Of a DNA stretch of 60,997 nucleotides, positions 1-10,858 are shown piece by piece; position 1 is the first letter of the stretch; each line of letters starts with the position of its first letter. The DNA is from Sphingomonadales bacterium (GTDB taxonomy: Bacteria > Pseudomonadota > Alphaproteobacteria > Sphingomonadales > Sphingomonadaceae): the NCBI GenBank assembly GCA_013791705.1, contig VMTF01000025.1, positions 1 to 60,997 on the forward strand, written 5' to 3'. Both the position numbers and the translations under genes were made by a program. A model generated the notes under the pieces. It saw only the letters and a list, made by a program, of their open reading frames with translations, was not told the origin of the DNA and did not search any database.

Positions 1-3000
1 CCGGGCGAGGAAGGGACCGTCACGTTCGACTACACGATCCAGGACGGCGACGGTGATCCTTCGCGCGCGACGGTCACGATCACGCTGCTGGAGGATTCGG
101 AACCGAGCGTATCGGTGAGCGGCGAGAACACGGTCTATGAGGCCGGTCTGCCGGCGCGTCCGGTGGATGAGCCGGCCGGCTCGGGCAGTGGCGGGAGCGC
201 GACGACCACCGGCACGCTGACGATCGGTACAGGCAACGATACGCTCGCGTCGCTGGTGATCAACGGCACTGACGTAACCGCAGGCGGCACCGTCACCACG
301 GCCAAGGGCGAATTGACCGTCACGCTGACGGCCGGTGTCTATAGCTACAGCTACACGCTGACCGACAACACACTGAGCGACCCCGACAGCGATACGTTCT
401 CCGTCATGGTGACGGACAGCGACGGTGATCCGGCTTCGACGTCGCTGGTGATCGGGATCGAGGACGACGTGCCGACCGCCGTCGATGACGGGACATTCAC
501 CGTTGCCGAGCAGACGCCGCTGACGTTCAACGCGCTGACGAACGACACATTCGGTGCCGACGGCGTCGATATCGCGACCAAGGTGGCGATCACGACGGAT
601 CCGGCTAAAGGTACGGTAACGTACAATTCTGCCACCGGCGCGTTCACCTATACTCCGGCGGCCGGGGCCGAGGGGCTGGACAGCTTCCAATATACCATCA
701 CCGACGGTGACAGCGATCCTTCGACAGCGACCGTCACGCTGAACATCGCGGCAGATTCGGTTCCGAACATTCTTTCGATCGCAAACCTGGCGGTTGACGA
801 GGACGGGCTTCCGGGCGCCAACAGCGACACCGCGCCGCTGCAGGTATCGCCGGCGGAAACGGCCGGCACCGGCCTTGCCGCCGCCAGTGGCTCGACCACG
901 GTGAACTTCGGCGCCGACACCCCGGCGAACCTCGCCGCGTCGATCGTGCTGGTCGATACCGCCGGGCTCGACACCCAGCTCAAGACGCTCGACGGCAATT
1001 TCGTGACGTTCGCGCTGGAAAGCGGCGTGCTGGTCGGGCGCAGCACTGGCGGCACCGAAGTGATCAGCGTCGCGATCACCGGCGCGAGCGCGGGAGTAAA
1101 CCCGGGCGACGTGATCTATACCTATGCGGTCACGCTCTCGCAGCCGGTCCAGCATCCGACCGCAGGCACCGAAGACGTCGTGACGCTGAGCGGCGTGACC
1201 TTCCAGGTCACCGACAGCGACGGCAGCACCGCGACCGGCAACTTCGCGATCACGGAGCTTGATGACGTACCGTCGATCGATCTGACCATGGGCGCGGACG
1301 CGGGCGTGGTGCTGGGCACCCTCGATGCCAACACGGATGGTACGCCGACCAGCGAGGACACCGCCAGTTCGACCGCGAGCTTTGGCGGCGTATTCTCGAT
1401 CAATGCCGCCGGCACCAGCGCCGGGGCCGATGGCGCGGCCAGCCAGTCGGTTACCTATGATCTGACGATCGCGAATGCGGTTTCGGGCCTGACCAGCCAC
1501 GGCACGGCGATCACGCTTTACGAACTGGCGGACGGCACCGTGGTCGGCGCCACCTCGGCCAGCGCGCCGGCAAATGTCCTGAGCCCGTCGGTGGTGTTCA
1601 GCGTCGGCGTCGCCGGTGACGGCGTCGTCACGCTCACCCAGTATCAGCAGATCGATCATGGCGCGCCGGGCGTATCGACCGGCCCCTATGACACGCAGTT
1701 CACGACCCTCGCCGACGGCAAGCTCTCGCTGACCGCAACGGCCACGCTGACCGACCGCGACGGTGACGTCGCGACCGATCAGGAGACGGTCGATCTGGGC
1801 GGCAACATCCGCTTTGCCGATGACGGTCCGGGCTTTTCCGGCGTATCGGCCGGCGGCACGGTCACACTCGACGAAACAGTGGCGGGTTCGCCCGCCGGCT
1901 ATGGCGCGACCGGGATCAGCGTGACTTCGGCCACGGCGATGATCTCGGCCACCGCAGCCTTCGGAGCGGACGGCCCGGCGGCGTCCGGTTCGCTGGTCTA
2001 TGGCCTCACGATCACCGGCGGGGGCGCCACGCCGCTCAAGACCGCTATCGGCGACTATCCGATCGGCCTGGTGCAAGTCGGCGCAGACACGGTCGAGGGC
2101 CGCTATGTCGATGGCGCGGCCGTCACGCAGGTGGCGTTCCGGCTGGTCATCGGCGGTGACGGCAAAGTCACGGTCACCGAATTCGTGCCGCTTGAGCACA
2201 ACCTCGACGGCAATACCGCACCTGCTTACGACGATCCGCTCACGCTCACCGATGCGCAGGGCGCAAGCCTGATTTCGGCGACGGTGACCGCGAAGGACTT
2301 CGACGGCGACACCGCAAGCGCAACTGCAGCGATCGGCGCGAACATCACGTTCCGCGATGATGGTCCGGCCGCGAACGACGATACCGACAGCATCGCCGCG
2401 GGTTCGACCGGGCCGGCCGATGGCAACCTCATCACCGGAGCGGGCGGGACCGACGGGAACCCGACCGACGGCGTGGCCGACTATGTCGGCGCCGATGGCG
2501 CGTTCATCTCGTCGGTCACCGGCGTAGGCGCTCCGGTCAGCGTTCCGGGCACCGGTACCACGCTCGTTGCTGGCCTTTATGGCACCCTGACAATCGCTGC
2601 CGACGGCTCCTATTCCTATGCCCGTACGGCCGGGGCAGGCGGCGGCCTTTCCGACAGCTTCACTTATACGCTGACCGACAATGACGGCGATTATTCGACC
2701 GCGACGTTGACGATCGCCATCGATAACCTTGTTCCAGTGGCGGGAACCGCCTCGGCGACAGTCGATGACGAAGGGCTGGGCGGCATCCCCGGCGGGACGG
2801 GCGACATCAACGCCAACACAGGCGATCTCGATCTGACCAGCGAGGCCATCTTCAAGGGCGTGCTCGGCGGAACTGCGGGCGATGGCACCAGCACCTTCCT
2901 GTTCCAGGCGAGCCTCGCCGGGACGACGCAGATCATGGGGCAGGAAACGGTGACCTATTCGGTTTCGCCGGACGGCGCGCTGCTGACCGCGACAATCACT

Positions 3001-5436
3001 GCGTCGCCCGATAGTGGCCGGCTTGGTGATCCGCTGTTCACGGTGCAGATCACCAATCAGGCGACCGGCGCCTACACGTTGACCCTGGCGGACAACGTGC
3101 TGCACGCGGCCGGCGGCAATGAGAACAGCGTTAACATCGCGATCCCCTATCAGTTGCAGGATCAGGGCGGCGAACTGTCTGCGGCTCCCGGCAGCCTTTC
3201 GGTGCAGTTCAACGACGACACGCCGACGCTCGGCACGGTCCAGAACCAGCAGGCCAGCAACAACCCCGTGCAGACACCGGCAGTGGGCACGCTGCACTTT
3301 GCTTCCGGGGCGGACGGCGCCGGATCGGCCATGACCATCACGGCCGACCTCACAGGGATCAAGTCGGGCGGCCACAACCTGCTCGCCAGCCAGTCCGGCA
3401 ATGTGCTGACCGCTTATGCCGACGTCGACGGCAGCGGGACGATCAATGCCGGCGATACCGCCGTGTTCACGCTCACGGTGAACCCCACTGCCGGAACTTC
3501 GGGTCAGTATGTGTTCGATCTGGTGGCCCCGCTTGATGGCACGGTCGTCGATACTGCGATCGGCGGTGCTTCCTCGTTTGGGGCGGGGCCGACCCAGTTG
3601 CAGGTTCTCAACGACGGCGGTTCCACACCGCTGGCGGTCATCTCGGGGTACGCCGTAGGGGCCGGCTTCGATGCCGCTGCCTGGTTTGCCGCGGCCGGAC
3701 CCGCGCTGCCCGCCGGCCTGACACTGTCTGCCGTGAACGGGTCGACTTCAGGCTGGGGCGTTGACAACAACAACTTCAACGGCGGCAGTCCGCTGGAGTT
3801 CATGCGCTTCGATTTCGGGGCGCCGATGGACGATTTCGACGGCGCCGGACCCTATGTGCCCCCTGCCGTGGCCCTCCCTGAAGTGAGTTACGCCACGATT
3901 GACTTCATCAGCTTCTCCAGCAGCGAAATCGTCCAGGTCAGGGTGCATTATACCGACGGCACATCGGGCATCCAGACGGTTACCGGGGCGGCCATCGGCG
4001 GCGAGGTGACGTTCACAGCGCCGAGCGGGAAATTCATTGACTGGATCGATCTCTATACCGCGAGCGTTTCGAACGGTGGCGGCAAGATCAACCTGGTCTC
4101 GGTCGGTGTCCAGTCCACTGTCGTGAACAACACCATCCCCTTCACGGTGCAGCTCACCGATGCCGATGGCGCTCCGACCGCAAGCTCGGCGTTCACGGTT
4201 CACGTTGCTGACGGACTTGTGCCGCTCAGCCCGGCGGCTCCGGTGGTTGTCGACCTCAACGGCGACGGGGTGAACTTCCTCGGCACCTTTGATGGCGTGA
4301 CGTATGATTATGCTGGCGATGGCATCAAGGTGGCGACGGCCTGGGCCGCGCCGGACGATGGCATCGTGGCAATCGACCTCAATTCCGATGGGCAGGTTTC
4401 GTCGGCGTCCGAGTTCGTGTTCGGCGGCAATGGCCTGACCGACCTTCAGGGGCTCGCTGCGCAGTATGACAGCAACAGCGATGGCGTGCTTGACGCGCAG
4501 GATGCCCAGTTTGCCAGCTTCGGCGTGTGGCAGGATGCGAATTCGAACGGGGTCAGCGATGCCGGCGAGTTCCACACGCTCACCGATCTGGGGATCGCGT
4601 CGATCGAGTTGACGTCGGACGGCGTCAGCTATGCGGCGGCCGACGGCGACGTGGTCGTAGCCGGCACGACTGTCGTGCAGTACGGGAATGGCGACACTAC
4701 CACGGCCGCCGACGCGAGCTTTGCAATATCGCGGCTCAGCCAGCAGGTGGAAAGCGCGGTAACCGTGGCGGCGGCCAGCAGCCTCGTCACGGCGGCGGCG
4801 GCGATCGCGGTGGCCGAAATCGTCACTTCGCCGGCCGCACCGTCAGTGGGCGGCGCGCACGCCGAGACGACCACGGTGACTGCCGCGACGGGCGAATCCG
4901 GCGCCGCGCATCCCGCGTTCGACCTTCCGCCGGCCACGTCCGACGAGGCGGCCAAGGCGCCCGAACCGGCTCATGATCTTCAGACTGTGCCCGAGCCTGC
5001 GGCCCCGGCCCATCTGGCCGCGCTGGCGGACAACGCGGCCGATTTGGGCAGCGGCGGCGCCGAGGGCGATCATGCCGCAGGGGCGGAGCAGTTCGCCGCG
5101 CTCACGTTCGATGCTCCGGCGACGGTGCAGGCGATGGACGCGTTGCTGGTGGCAGCGGCGGGCGGCGACCAGGCCGGCACGCAGGGTCCGGCGGAATTGC
5201 CGGCGGTGCAGGAAGCCCTGGCCGAGGGTCATGCCGCAAACTTCGTAGATAGTCTGATTGACTCCGTCATCGGACAAGCGGCAGACACGGGCGCGACAGG
5301 CGCGGGACACTCGCCGATGTTGGCGGAACTGCTCGCGGCGCACGTCGATACGGGCGCGACAATGACGATGGCACCGGCCAACTTCGACATGGGCCATGCC
5401 GGGCTTGAAGCCGCACTGGCAACTGCCCACGCCTGA
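1..5436 (+). CDS. Giant T1SS-secreted repetitive adhesin (Ig/cadherin-like and DUF5801/T1SS-143-like repeats), 5'-truncated by the window
   Basis: Frame is open from base 1 (PGEEGTVTFDYTIQDGDGD...). T/G/A/D-rich repeats ending D(x)DGD...DD(G/V)P; C-terminal acidic Ca-binding-type domain; directly upstream of T1SS genes. Confidence 0.85.
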   Translation, partial: PGEEGTVTFDYTIQDGDGDPSRATVTITLLEDSEPSVSVSGENTVYEAGLPARPVDEPAGSGSGGSATTTGTLTIGTGNDTLASLVINGTDVTAGGTVTTAKGELTVTLTAGVYSYSYTLTDNTLSDPDSDTFSVMVTDSDGDPASTSLVIGIEDDVPTAVDDGTFTVAEQTPLTFNALTNDTFGADGVDIATKVAITTDPAKGTVTYNSATGAFTYTPAAGAEGLDSFQYTITDGDSDPSTATVTLNIAADSVPNILSIANLAVDEDGLPGANSDTAPLQVSPAETAGTGLAAASGSTTVNFGADTPANLAASIVLVDTAGLDTQLKTLDGNFVTFALESGVLVGRSTGGTEVISVAITGASAGVNPGDVIYTYAVTLSQPVQHPTAGTEDVVTLSGVTFQVTDSDGSTATGNFAITELDDVPSIDLTMGADAGVVLGTLDANTDGTPTSEDTASSTASFGGVFSINAAGTSAGADGAASQSVTYDLTIANAVSGLTSHGTAITLYELADGTVVGATSASAPANVLSPSVVFSVGVAGDGVVTLTQYQQIDHGAPGVSTGPYDTQFTTLADGKLSLTATATLTDRDGDVATDQETVDLGGNIRFADDGPGFSGVSAGGTVTLDETVAGSPAGYGATGISVTSATAMISATAAFGADGPAASGSLVYGLTITGGGATPLKTAIGDYPIGLVQVGADTVEGRYVDGAAVTQVAFRLVIGGDGKVTVTEFVPLEHNLDGNTAPAYDDPLTLTDAQGASLISATVTAKDFDGDTASATAAIGANITFRDDGPAANDDTDSIAAGSTGPADGNLITGAGGTDGNPTDGVADYVGADGAFISSVTGVGAPVSVPGTGTTLVAGLYGTLTIAADGSYSYARTAGAGGGLSDSFTYTLTDNDGDYSTATLTIAIDNLVPVAGTASATVDDEGLGGIPGGTGDINANTGDLDLTSEAIFKGVLGGTAGDGTSTFLFQASLAGTTQIMGQETVTYSVSPDGALLTATITASPDSGRLGDPLFTVQITNQATGAYTLTLADNVLHAAGGNENSVNIAIPYQLQDQGGELSAAPGSLSVQFNDDTPTLGTVQNQQASNNPVQTPAVGTLHFASGADGAGSAMTITADLTGIKSGGHNLLASQSGNVLTAYADVDGSGTINAGDTAVFTLTVNPTAGTSGQYVFDLVAPLDGTVVDTAIGGASSFGAGPTQLQVLNDGGSTPLAVISGYAVGAGFDAAAWFAAAGPALPAGLTLSAVNGSTSGWGVDNNNFNGGSPLEFMRFDFGAPMDDFDGAGPYVPPAVALPEVSYATIDFISFSSSEIVQVRVHYTDGTSGIQTVTGAAIGGEVTFTAPSGKFIDWIDLYTASVSNGGGKINLVSVGVQSTVVNNTIPFTVQLTDADGAPTASSAFTVHVADGLVPLSPAAPVVVDLNGDGVNFLGTFDGVTYDYAGDGIKVATAWAAPDDGIVAIDLNSDGQVSSASEFVFGGNGLTDLQGLAAQYDSNSDGVLDAQDAQFASFGVWQDANSNGVSDAGEFHTLTDLGIASIELTSDGVSYAAADGDVVVAGTTVVQYGNGDTTTAADASFAISRLSQQVESAVTVAAASSLVTAAAAIAVAEIVTSPAAPSVGGAHAETTTVTAATGESGAAHPAFDLPPATSDEAAKAPEPAHDLQTVPEPAAPAHLAALADNAADLGSGGAEGDHAAGAEQFAALTFDAPATVQAMDALLVAAAGGDQAGTQGPAELPAVQEALAEGHAANFVDSLIDSVIGQAADTGATGAGHSPMLAELLAAHVDTGATMTMAPANFDMGHAGLEAALATAHA

Positions 5437-5479
5437 CCAGCGGGGGAACGATGATGAGACTGAAAAGGGGGACCGAGCA

Positions 5480-6196
5480 ATGCGTTGGAAAGCTGCCTTC
5501 ATGGCAACGGGAGGCGCAGTAGCGGCGCTGGCATGGGCTGCGCCTGCGCGGGCGCAGGTAGCCGGGGATGATCTGATGGCGCTCGACGGGCAGAGCCTGA
5601 AGAGCGAAATCGGATCCCGCTACGACGAGGCGCTGGGGCTGACCCAGGATTCCGCCATCGTTTCGGCCGACAGCAACCGCTTCACCTGGGCCGCTCAGGC
5701 CAAGGCGCAGTGCGGCATCGCGCTCGGCTTTCTGAAGAGCGGGACCAAAGACCCCGTGAGCATCGGCAAGTGCGAGGATGCGGCCAGGCGGATGCGCGTC
5801 ATCGCGCCGCCGCCGGTGATTGCCGCGTCCGAAGCGCCGGCCGTGCGGCCCGATGCCTGTTCGGAGCCGATCGCCGGGATCGTGTTCTTCGATTTCGATA
5901 GCGCGGTGCCGCCTGAATCGGCCAACCAGACGATCGATTCGGTGGTCAACTTCACCCAGGTCTGCAACTGGACCGGCCTGGTGGTGACCGGCCATACCGA
6001 TCGCTCCGGCAGCGATGCCTATAATCAGGCCCTTTCGGTACGCCGGGCCAATGCGATTGGCGCGCTGCTCGAGTCGCGGGGAGTTCCCGCCGGCGTCGTG
6101 CACGTGTCAGGCAAGGGCGAGACCGAGCCGAAGGTTCCCACGATTGACGGCGAACGCAATCCGACCAACCGCCGCGTGGAAATCACGGTCAAGTAA
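5480..6196 (+). CDS. OmpA-family peptidoglycan-binding protein with signal peptide
   Basis: N-terminal signal (MRWKAAFMATGGAVAALAWAAPARA); OmpA_C motifs FFDFDS, GHTDRSG..YNQALSVRRA, NRRVEI. Confidence 0.9.
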   Translation: MRWKAAFMATGGAVAALAWAAPARAQVAGDDLMALDGQSLKSEIGSRYDEALGLTQDSAIVSADSNRFTWAAQAKAQCGIALGFLKSGTKDPVSIGKCEDAARRMRVIAPPPVIAASEAPAVRPDACSEPIAGIVFFDFDSAVPPESANQTIDSVVNFTQVCNWTGLVVTGHTDRSGSDAYNQALSVRRANAIGALLESRGVPAGVVHVSGKGETEPKVPTIDGERNPTNRRVEITVK

Positions 6197-6215
6197 TCCA
6201 GGGGTGGAGACCATC

Positions 6216-7613
6216 ATGAATACCATCAAGCGCATCTCGACCGGGCTGGCCATGCTGCTCGCGGGCACTGCCGAACTGGCGCTCGCGCAGTCCGCCCCGG
6301 TCAGCTTGCCCGAAGCGATCACCGTTGCGGTCAATTCCAATCCGCAGGTTGCCCAGGCGCAATACAACAAGGAAGCGATCCAGTTCGAACGCAAGCAGGC
6401 CCAGGGGCTCTATGCGCCGCGCGTCGATATCGAAGGCTCGGCCGGCATTCGTAGCCTGGACAATACCACGCGGCGCTCGCTTGGCATTGCCGATGATGAA
6501 CTCTATCCGCTGGAAGCGCATGCGCGCCTCGACTGGACCGTGTTCGACTTCGGACGCCGCCGGGGAGAGTTGCATCGCCAGTCCGCGCGGGTAGACGGCG
6601 CTTCGCTGCGGGTGCTCGAGCGTTCGGAATTCATCGCCCTGCAGGTGACGCGCCAGTATCTCGACCTGATGCTTCAGCAGCGGGTGGTCGCGGCCACGCT
6701 CGACAACGTTTCGTTCCACCGGACCCTGGCGGGCGACCTTGGCACCGGGGTGGAGCAGGGTTCTATCTCGATCGCGGACAAGCAGCAGGCCGAAGAGCGC
6801 TTGCAGGCGGCGATCGTGCGCCAGGCCGAAGCCGAGCAGGATCTCGCCGAAGCCAGGATCAAACTGCGCCACCTGACCGCGCTTGACATCACCGACGTGC
6901 AGATGCCGCCGGAGCTGGCCGCGAGCCTGCCGGCCACGCTCGAAGAGGCGGTGGGTCTGGCCCGCAGCCAGAATCCGCTGGTCCGCGAAGCGATGGCGGA
7001 TGTCGATGCTGCCTCGGCCCACGCGAGCAGCGTCAAGGGTGATGGTTTACCGAAGATTGGCGTCGAATTGATCAGCCGGATCGGCGAAGACGTCGATGGC
7101 TTTAAGGGCAGGACGACCGACCTGCAGGCGCGTGGTTATCTGCGCTGGAACGTGTTCGACGGCGGGATCAGCCGCGCGAACTATCAGGAGATGGTGCGCC
7201 GGGCGAGCGAGAGCCGCTACCGGCTTTATGACGTGACCCGTCAGGCCGAAGAAGATGTCCGGATTGCGTGGACGACGATGAACACGCAGAAGCGGCTGGT
7301 GAAAGAGGTGACCACGCAGACCCGCGTGAGCGACGATCTGTTGCTGTCCTATCGCAGCCAGTTCAATGTCGGCCGCCGTTCGCTGCTCGATGTGCTCGAC
7401 GCCCAGAACACCCGCTACAATGCGCAAGTCCGGCTTGAAACAGCGCGCTTCTCCGAAATTTTCGCGCAATACCAAACTCTTGCGGCAACCAACCGGTTGC
7501 TGACGGCGTTGAATGTGGCGCCCGGCGCCGGAGCCGGCGAGACCGAGCGCGAGCGGTTCAAGTTCGGGCCGGCGGCACCTGCGGAAGTGCAGTACCGAAC
7601 GCCGCCCAAGTAG
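6216..7613 (+). CDS. TolC/LapE-family T1SS outer-membrane channel
   Basis: Signal peptide; QFNVGRRSLLDVLDAQN motif; T1SS context. Confidence 0.9.
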   Translation: MNTIKRISTGLAMLLAGTAELALAQSAPVSLPEAITVAVNSNPQVAQAQYNKEAIQFERKQAQGLYAPRVDIEGSAGIRSLDNTTRRSLGIADDELYPLEAHARLDWTVFDFGRRRGELHRQSARVDGASLRVLERSEFIALQVTRQYLDLMLQQRVVAATLDNVSFHRTLAGDLGTGVEQGSISIADKQQAEERLQAAIVRQAEAEQDLAEARIKLRHLTALDITDVQMPPELAASLPATLEEAVGLARSQNPLVREAMADVDAASAHASSVKGDGLPKIGVELISRIGEDVDGFKGRTTDLQARGYLRWNVFDGGISRANYQEMVRRASESRYRLYDVTRQAEEDVRIAWTTMNTQKRLVKEVTTQTRVSDDLLLSYRSQFNVGRRSLLDVLDAQNTRYNAQVRLETARFSEIFAQYQTLAATNRLLTALNVAPGAGAGETERERFKFGPAAPAEVQYRTPPK

Positions 7614-7628
7614 CCGCAAACCGAGGTA

Positions 7629-9770
7629 ATGATGATGGCCGCTGGGCCGGATCCGATTTCGGGCACGCCCGACAGCTTGCGCGCCTGTATTGTCCAGCTC
7701 GCGGATCGCTTCGGCGTGTCGTGCGGGCCGGGGCAGTTCGATTCGCTCGCGCTGGATGTGAGGGGCCGGTTGCCGCTCCATCAGGCGGAGGCGGCGCTTG
7801 AACTGATCGGTCTGGATGGCCATGGGCGCCGCGCCGCGCGGATGCCGCGCCGGCCGGAAATCTATCCGGTGATCCTGGCGGTTGGCGGCGACGGGCAATG
7901 CATCGTCGTCCACGAATTGCGCGACGGCGATGCGCTGGTCTGGCGGCCGGAAACCGGCGCGGCGACATGGGAACCGCTGGCCGCGCTCGAGGCGGCCTAC
8001 GCGGGTTGGTTCGCCACCGTCTATGGCGATCCCACCGTCCTGCGCGATGCGGCGCAGCCGTGGCGGGCGGCCGCGCGGGGACACTGGTTCTGGAGCGAGG
8101 TCGACAAATTGCGCCATCGCTTCGGCATGGTGCTGCTGGCGAGCGTGCTGATCAACCTGCTCTCGCTGGCGCTGCCGTTGTTCTCGATGAACGTTTACGA
8201 CCGGGTCATTCCGAATCGCGCGCAGGCCACCTTGTGGGTGCTGGCGATCGGCGTGCTGCTGGCGTTCGCGCTCGACTATGTGCTGCGCCGTGCCCGCACC
8301 GGGGTGATCGATCACCTGGGCCGCGAGCTCGATCTCAAGCTGTCGCAGAAGATCTTCGGCAAGATCCTCGCGGCGCCCTTGTCGGAGCGCAAAGGCCACA
8401 CCGGCAACCTCGTGGCGCGGGTGAGCGAATATGCGATCGTCCGCGATTTCTTCACCTCGACCACGATCGTGCTGATTGTCGATATGCTGTTCCTGTTCCT
8501 GTTCGTGCTGCTGATCGCGTGGCTGGCGGGCTGGCTCGCGCTCGTCCCGCTGTTCGCGATGGCGGTGATGGCGCTGCTGGGCCTGCGCCTGCAAAAGCGG
8601 GTGGAGCGCAGCGCGCTGGAGGCGCAGGCCGATCACGGGTTGCAGCAGACACTGCTGGTCGAATCGATCACCGGGCTCGAAACGCTCAAGAGCGTGAGCG
8701 CGGAAGGGGTGATGCTGGGCCGGTGGCGGACCCTTGCGGAACTGGGTTCCCGCTCGCAGGAGCGCCTGCGCGACGTTTCGACCACCGCCATCGGCGCCGC
8801 GGCCACCTGTCAGCAAGCCTGCAACGTACTGCTCATCCTCGGCGGATATTACCTGTTCGATGCGGGCAAGATCACGATGGGCGCGATCATCGCGATCGTC
8901 ATGCTGTCGGCCCGCTCGCTGGCGCCGGCCGCGCAGCTCGCCTTCCTGCTGACGCGGGGGCAACAGGCCAAGCAGACGCTGGACGCGTTGCAGGAACTGT
9001 GGGTCGGCGAGGACGAGCGGCGCAAGGGCGCCGCCTCGATGACCCCCGCGATCCGCGCCGGCGAAGTCCGGTTCGAAAACGTGTCGTTCGCTTATCCGGC
9101 CGCCGCCCAGCCCGCGCTCGATGCGATCAACCTGACGATCCGGCCGGGCGACCGCGTCGCGATCATCGGCCGCGTGGCCTCGGGCAAATCGACCCTGGGG
9201 CGCCTGCTGTGCGGATTGCACGAGCCGACCGGCGGCGCGATGCTGATCGACGGGCTCGACAGCCGGCAATATCGGCCGCGTGATATCCGTGCGGCGTTCC
9301 GTTTCGTCGGACAGGATGCGGCGCTGTTCAGCGGAACGATCAAGGACAACCTGATGCTCGGCGGGGGGGAAGCCGCCGACGATGACCTGCTGGCCGCGCT
9401 GGAGGCGGTCGGCGCGGAGCAGTTCCTCACGCGGGATGAGGGCGGGTTCGATCGCAGCGTGGGCGAATCCGGCGGGCGTCTGTCTGGCGGGCAACGCTCG
9501 TTCCTGACCATCGCGCGCGCGCTGGTGCGCCCGTCGCGCATCCTGTTCCTTGATGAGCCTTCCGGGGCGATGGACAGCCAGAGCGAGAAACTTCTGGTCG
9601 AGCGGTTGTCCCGCTTTCTGACGCCGCAGCAGACATTGGTTATTTCGACCCACCGTCCGGCCCTTCTGGCGGTCTGCAACCGCATCATCGTGCTGGACAA
9701 GGGGCGGATCGTGGTCGACGGCCCAGCTTCGGAGGTGCTTTCGCGCGCCGGAACGGAGATCGGCCAATGA
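7629..9770 (+). CDS. T1SS permease/ATPase (LapB/HlyB family, degenerate C39-like N-terminus)
   Basis: MNVYDRVIP; Walker A GRVASGKS; signature LSGGQ; Walker B ILFLDEP. Confidence 0.92.
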   Translation: MMMAAGPDPISGTPDSLRACIVQLADRFGVSCGPGQFDSLALDVRGRLPLHQAEAALELIGLDGHGRRAARMPRRPEIYPVILAVGGDGQCIVVHELRDGDALVWRPETGAATWEPLAALEAAYAGWFATVYGDPTVLRDAAQPWRAAARGHWFWSEVDKLRHRFGMVLLASVLINLLSLALPLFSMNVYDRVIPNRAQATLWVLAIGVLLAFALDYVLRRARTGVIDHLGRELDLKLSQKIFGKILAAPLSERKGHTGNLVARVSEYAIVRDFFTSTTIVLIVDMLFLFLFVLLIAWLAGWLALVPLFAMAVMALLGLRLQKRVERSALEAQADHGLQQTLLVESITGLETLKSVSAEGVMLGRWRTLAELGSRSQERLRDVSTTAIGAAATCQQACNVLLILGGYYLFDAGKITMGAIIAIVMLSARSLAPAAQLAFLLTRGQQAKQTLDALQELWVGEDERRKGAASMTPAIRAGEVRFENVSFAYPAAAQPALDAINLTIRPGDRVAIIGRVASGKSTLGRLLCGLHEPTGGAMLIDGLDSRQYRPRDIRAAFRFVGQDAALFSGTIKDNLMLGGGEAADDDLLAALEAVGAEQFLTRDEGGFDRSVGESGGRLSGGQRSFLTIARALVRPSRILFLDEPSGAMDSQSEKLLVERLSRFLTPQQTLVISTHRPALLAVCNRIIVLDKGRIVVDGPASEVLSRAGTEIGQ

Positions 9771-10858
9771 CGGTGTCCACGCTTCCCGTCCTCGACCTTG
9801 CGGAGGGCACCGCACCGCCGCCGCCTCCGGCCGCGCGCGCGCGGCGGGCAAAATTTGTGATTCTCGCGCTGGCCGTGGTGCTCGGCATGGGGCTTTCCCT
9901 CGCGGGGTGGCGCTTTATCGCCGAACCGGCGAATAATGCGCCGTCCGGCCCGGTGTTGCGGATCGCCTTCGATCAGGCGGCAGCGGTCGCCGCGATCTCT
10001 GTGGACGATCGCACCCAGATCATCGCCGAAGGCACCGACGCCGAATCGCGCAATGCCGCGATCCCGTTCGCCGCGGGCGCAAATGCGCCGATGCGCGGTT
10101 TCCTCCTCCACGCGTCGGCGCCCGCTGCGGCCACCGCGCTCAAGTGCCTGACCCAGGCGATCTATTACGAAGCGGCGACCGAGCCGGTCGCGGGGCGCCG
10201 CGCGGTGGCGCAAGTGGTGCTCAACCGGATGCGCCATCCGGCCTATCCCAAAAGCGTGTGCGGCGTTGTCTATCAGGGCGCCGAACGGGCGACCGGGTGC
10301 CAGTTCAGTTTCACCTGTGACGGATCGTTGCTGCGCCAGCCGATGGCTGGTCCGTGGCGCGAGGCAGAGGGCATCGCACAGGCCGCTCTGGCGGGCCGGG
10401 TCGAGCCGAGCGTGGGCACGGCAACCTTTTACCATGCGGACTATGTGCTGCCGCGCTGGGCGTTCGAACTGGCCAAGGTCAACAAGCTGGGGCGGCACCT
10501 GTTTTACCGGTTCACCGGCGCCGGCGGGCGGCCTGGCAAGTTCAACGGGCAATACAGCGCGCAGGAAAGCATTCCCGCTTTCGATCTCGCCCGGCTGCAG
10601 GCCCGGCTGCTGGCGGCGGGCAATCCTGCCGATGGACTGGCCGATACCGTTCCCGGCCTGACCGTTGCGCCGCACGTGACCGACCGTCATGCGAGCGACG
10701 ACGTCGGTGGGCGGCTTGATGTGACGCGCGCGTGGCGGCTGACTATCCCCGATCCGGCCGAGAGCAGCAGCCGCTACCGGGCTCTGGTGAGTGGCGCTGA
10801 CGCAGGTGCGCCGCCGCAGACCGGCGGATCGCCGGCAGCGGCGGAGATCGCCCAGTGA
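9767..10858 (+). CDS. SleB/Hydrolase_2-family cell-wall hydrolase, membrane anchored
   Basis: CLTQAIYYEA, VAQVVLNR, CGVVYQG, CQFSFTCDG, FYHADYV; 4-nt overlaps with both neighbours. Confidence 0.88.
   Translation: MTVSTLPVLDLAEGTAPPPPPAARARRAKFVILALAVVLGMGLSLAGWRFIAEPANNAPSGPVLRIAFDQAAAVAAISVDDRTQIIAEGTDAESRNAAIPFAAGANAPMRGFLLHASAPAAATALKCLTQAIYYEAATEPVAGRRAVAQVVLNRMRHPAYPKSVCGVVYQGAERATGCQFSFTCDGSLLRQPMAGPWREAEGIAQAALAGRVEPSVGTATFYHADYVLPRWAFELAKVNKLGRHLFYRFTGAGGRPGKFNGQYSAQESIPAFDLARLQARLLAAGNPADGLADTVPGLTVAPHVTDRHASDDVGGRLDVTRAWRLTIPDPAESSSRYRALVSGADAGAPPQTGGSPAAAEIAQ

Noticed and set aside
7047-9851. 934-aa minus-strand ORF and similar long antisense ORFs (12416-15289, 42731-44146, 55438-57432, 56976-58994, 59455-60942)
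   Set aside because: Shadows of well-supported genes on the opposite strand in high-GC DNA; no recognisable motifs
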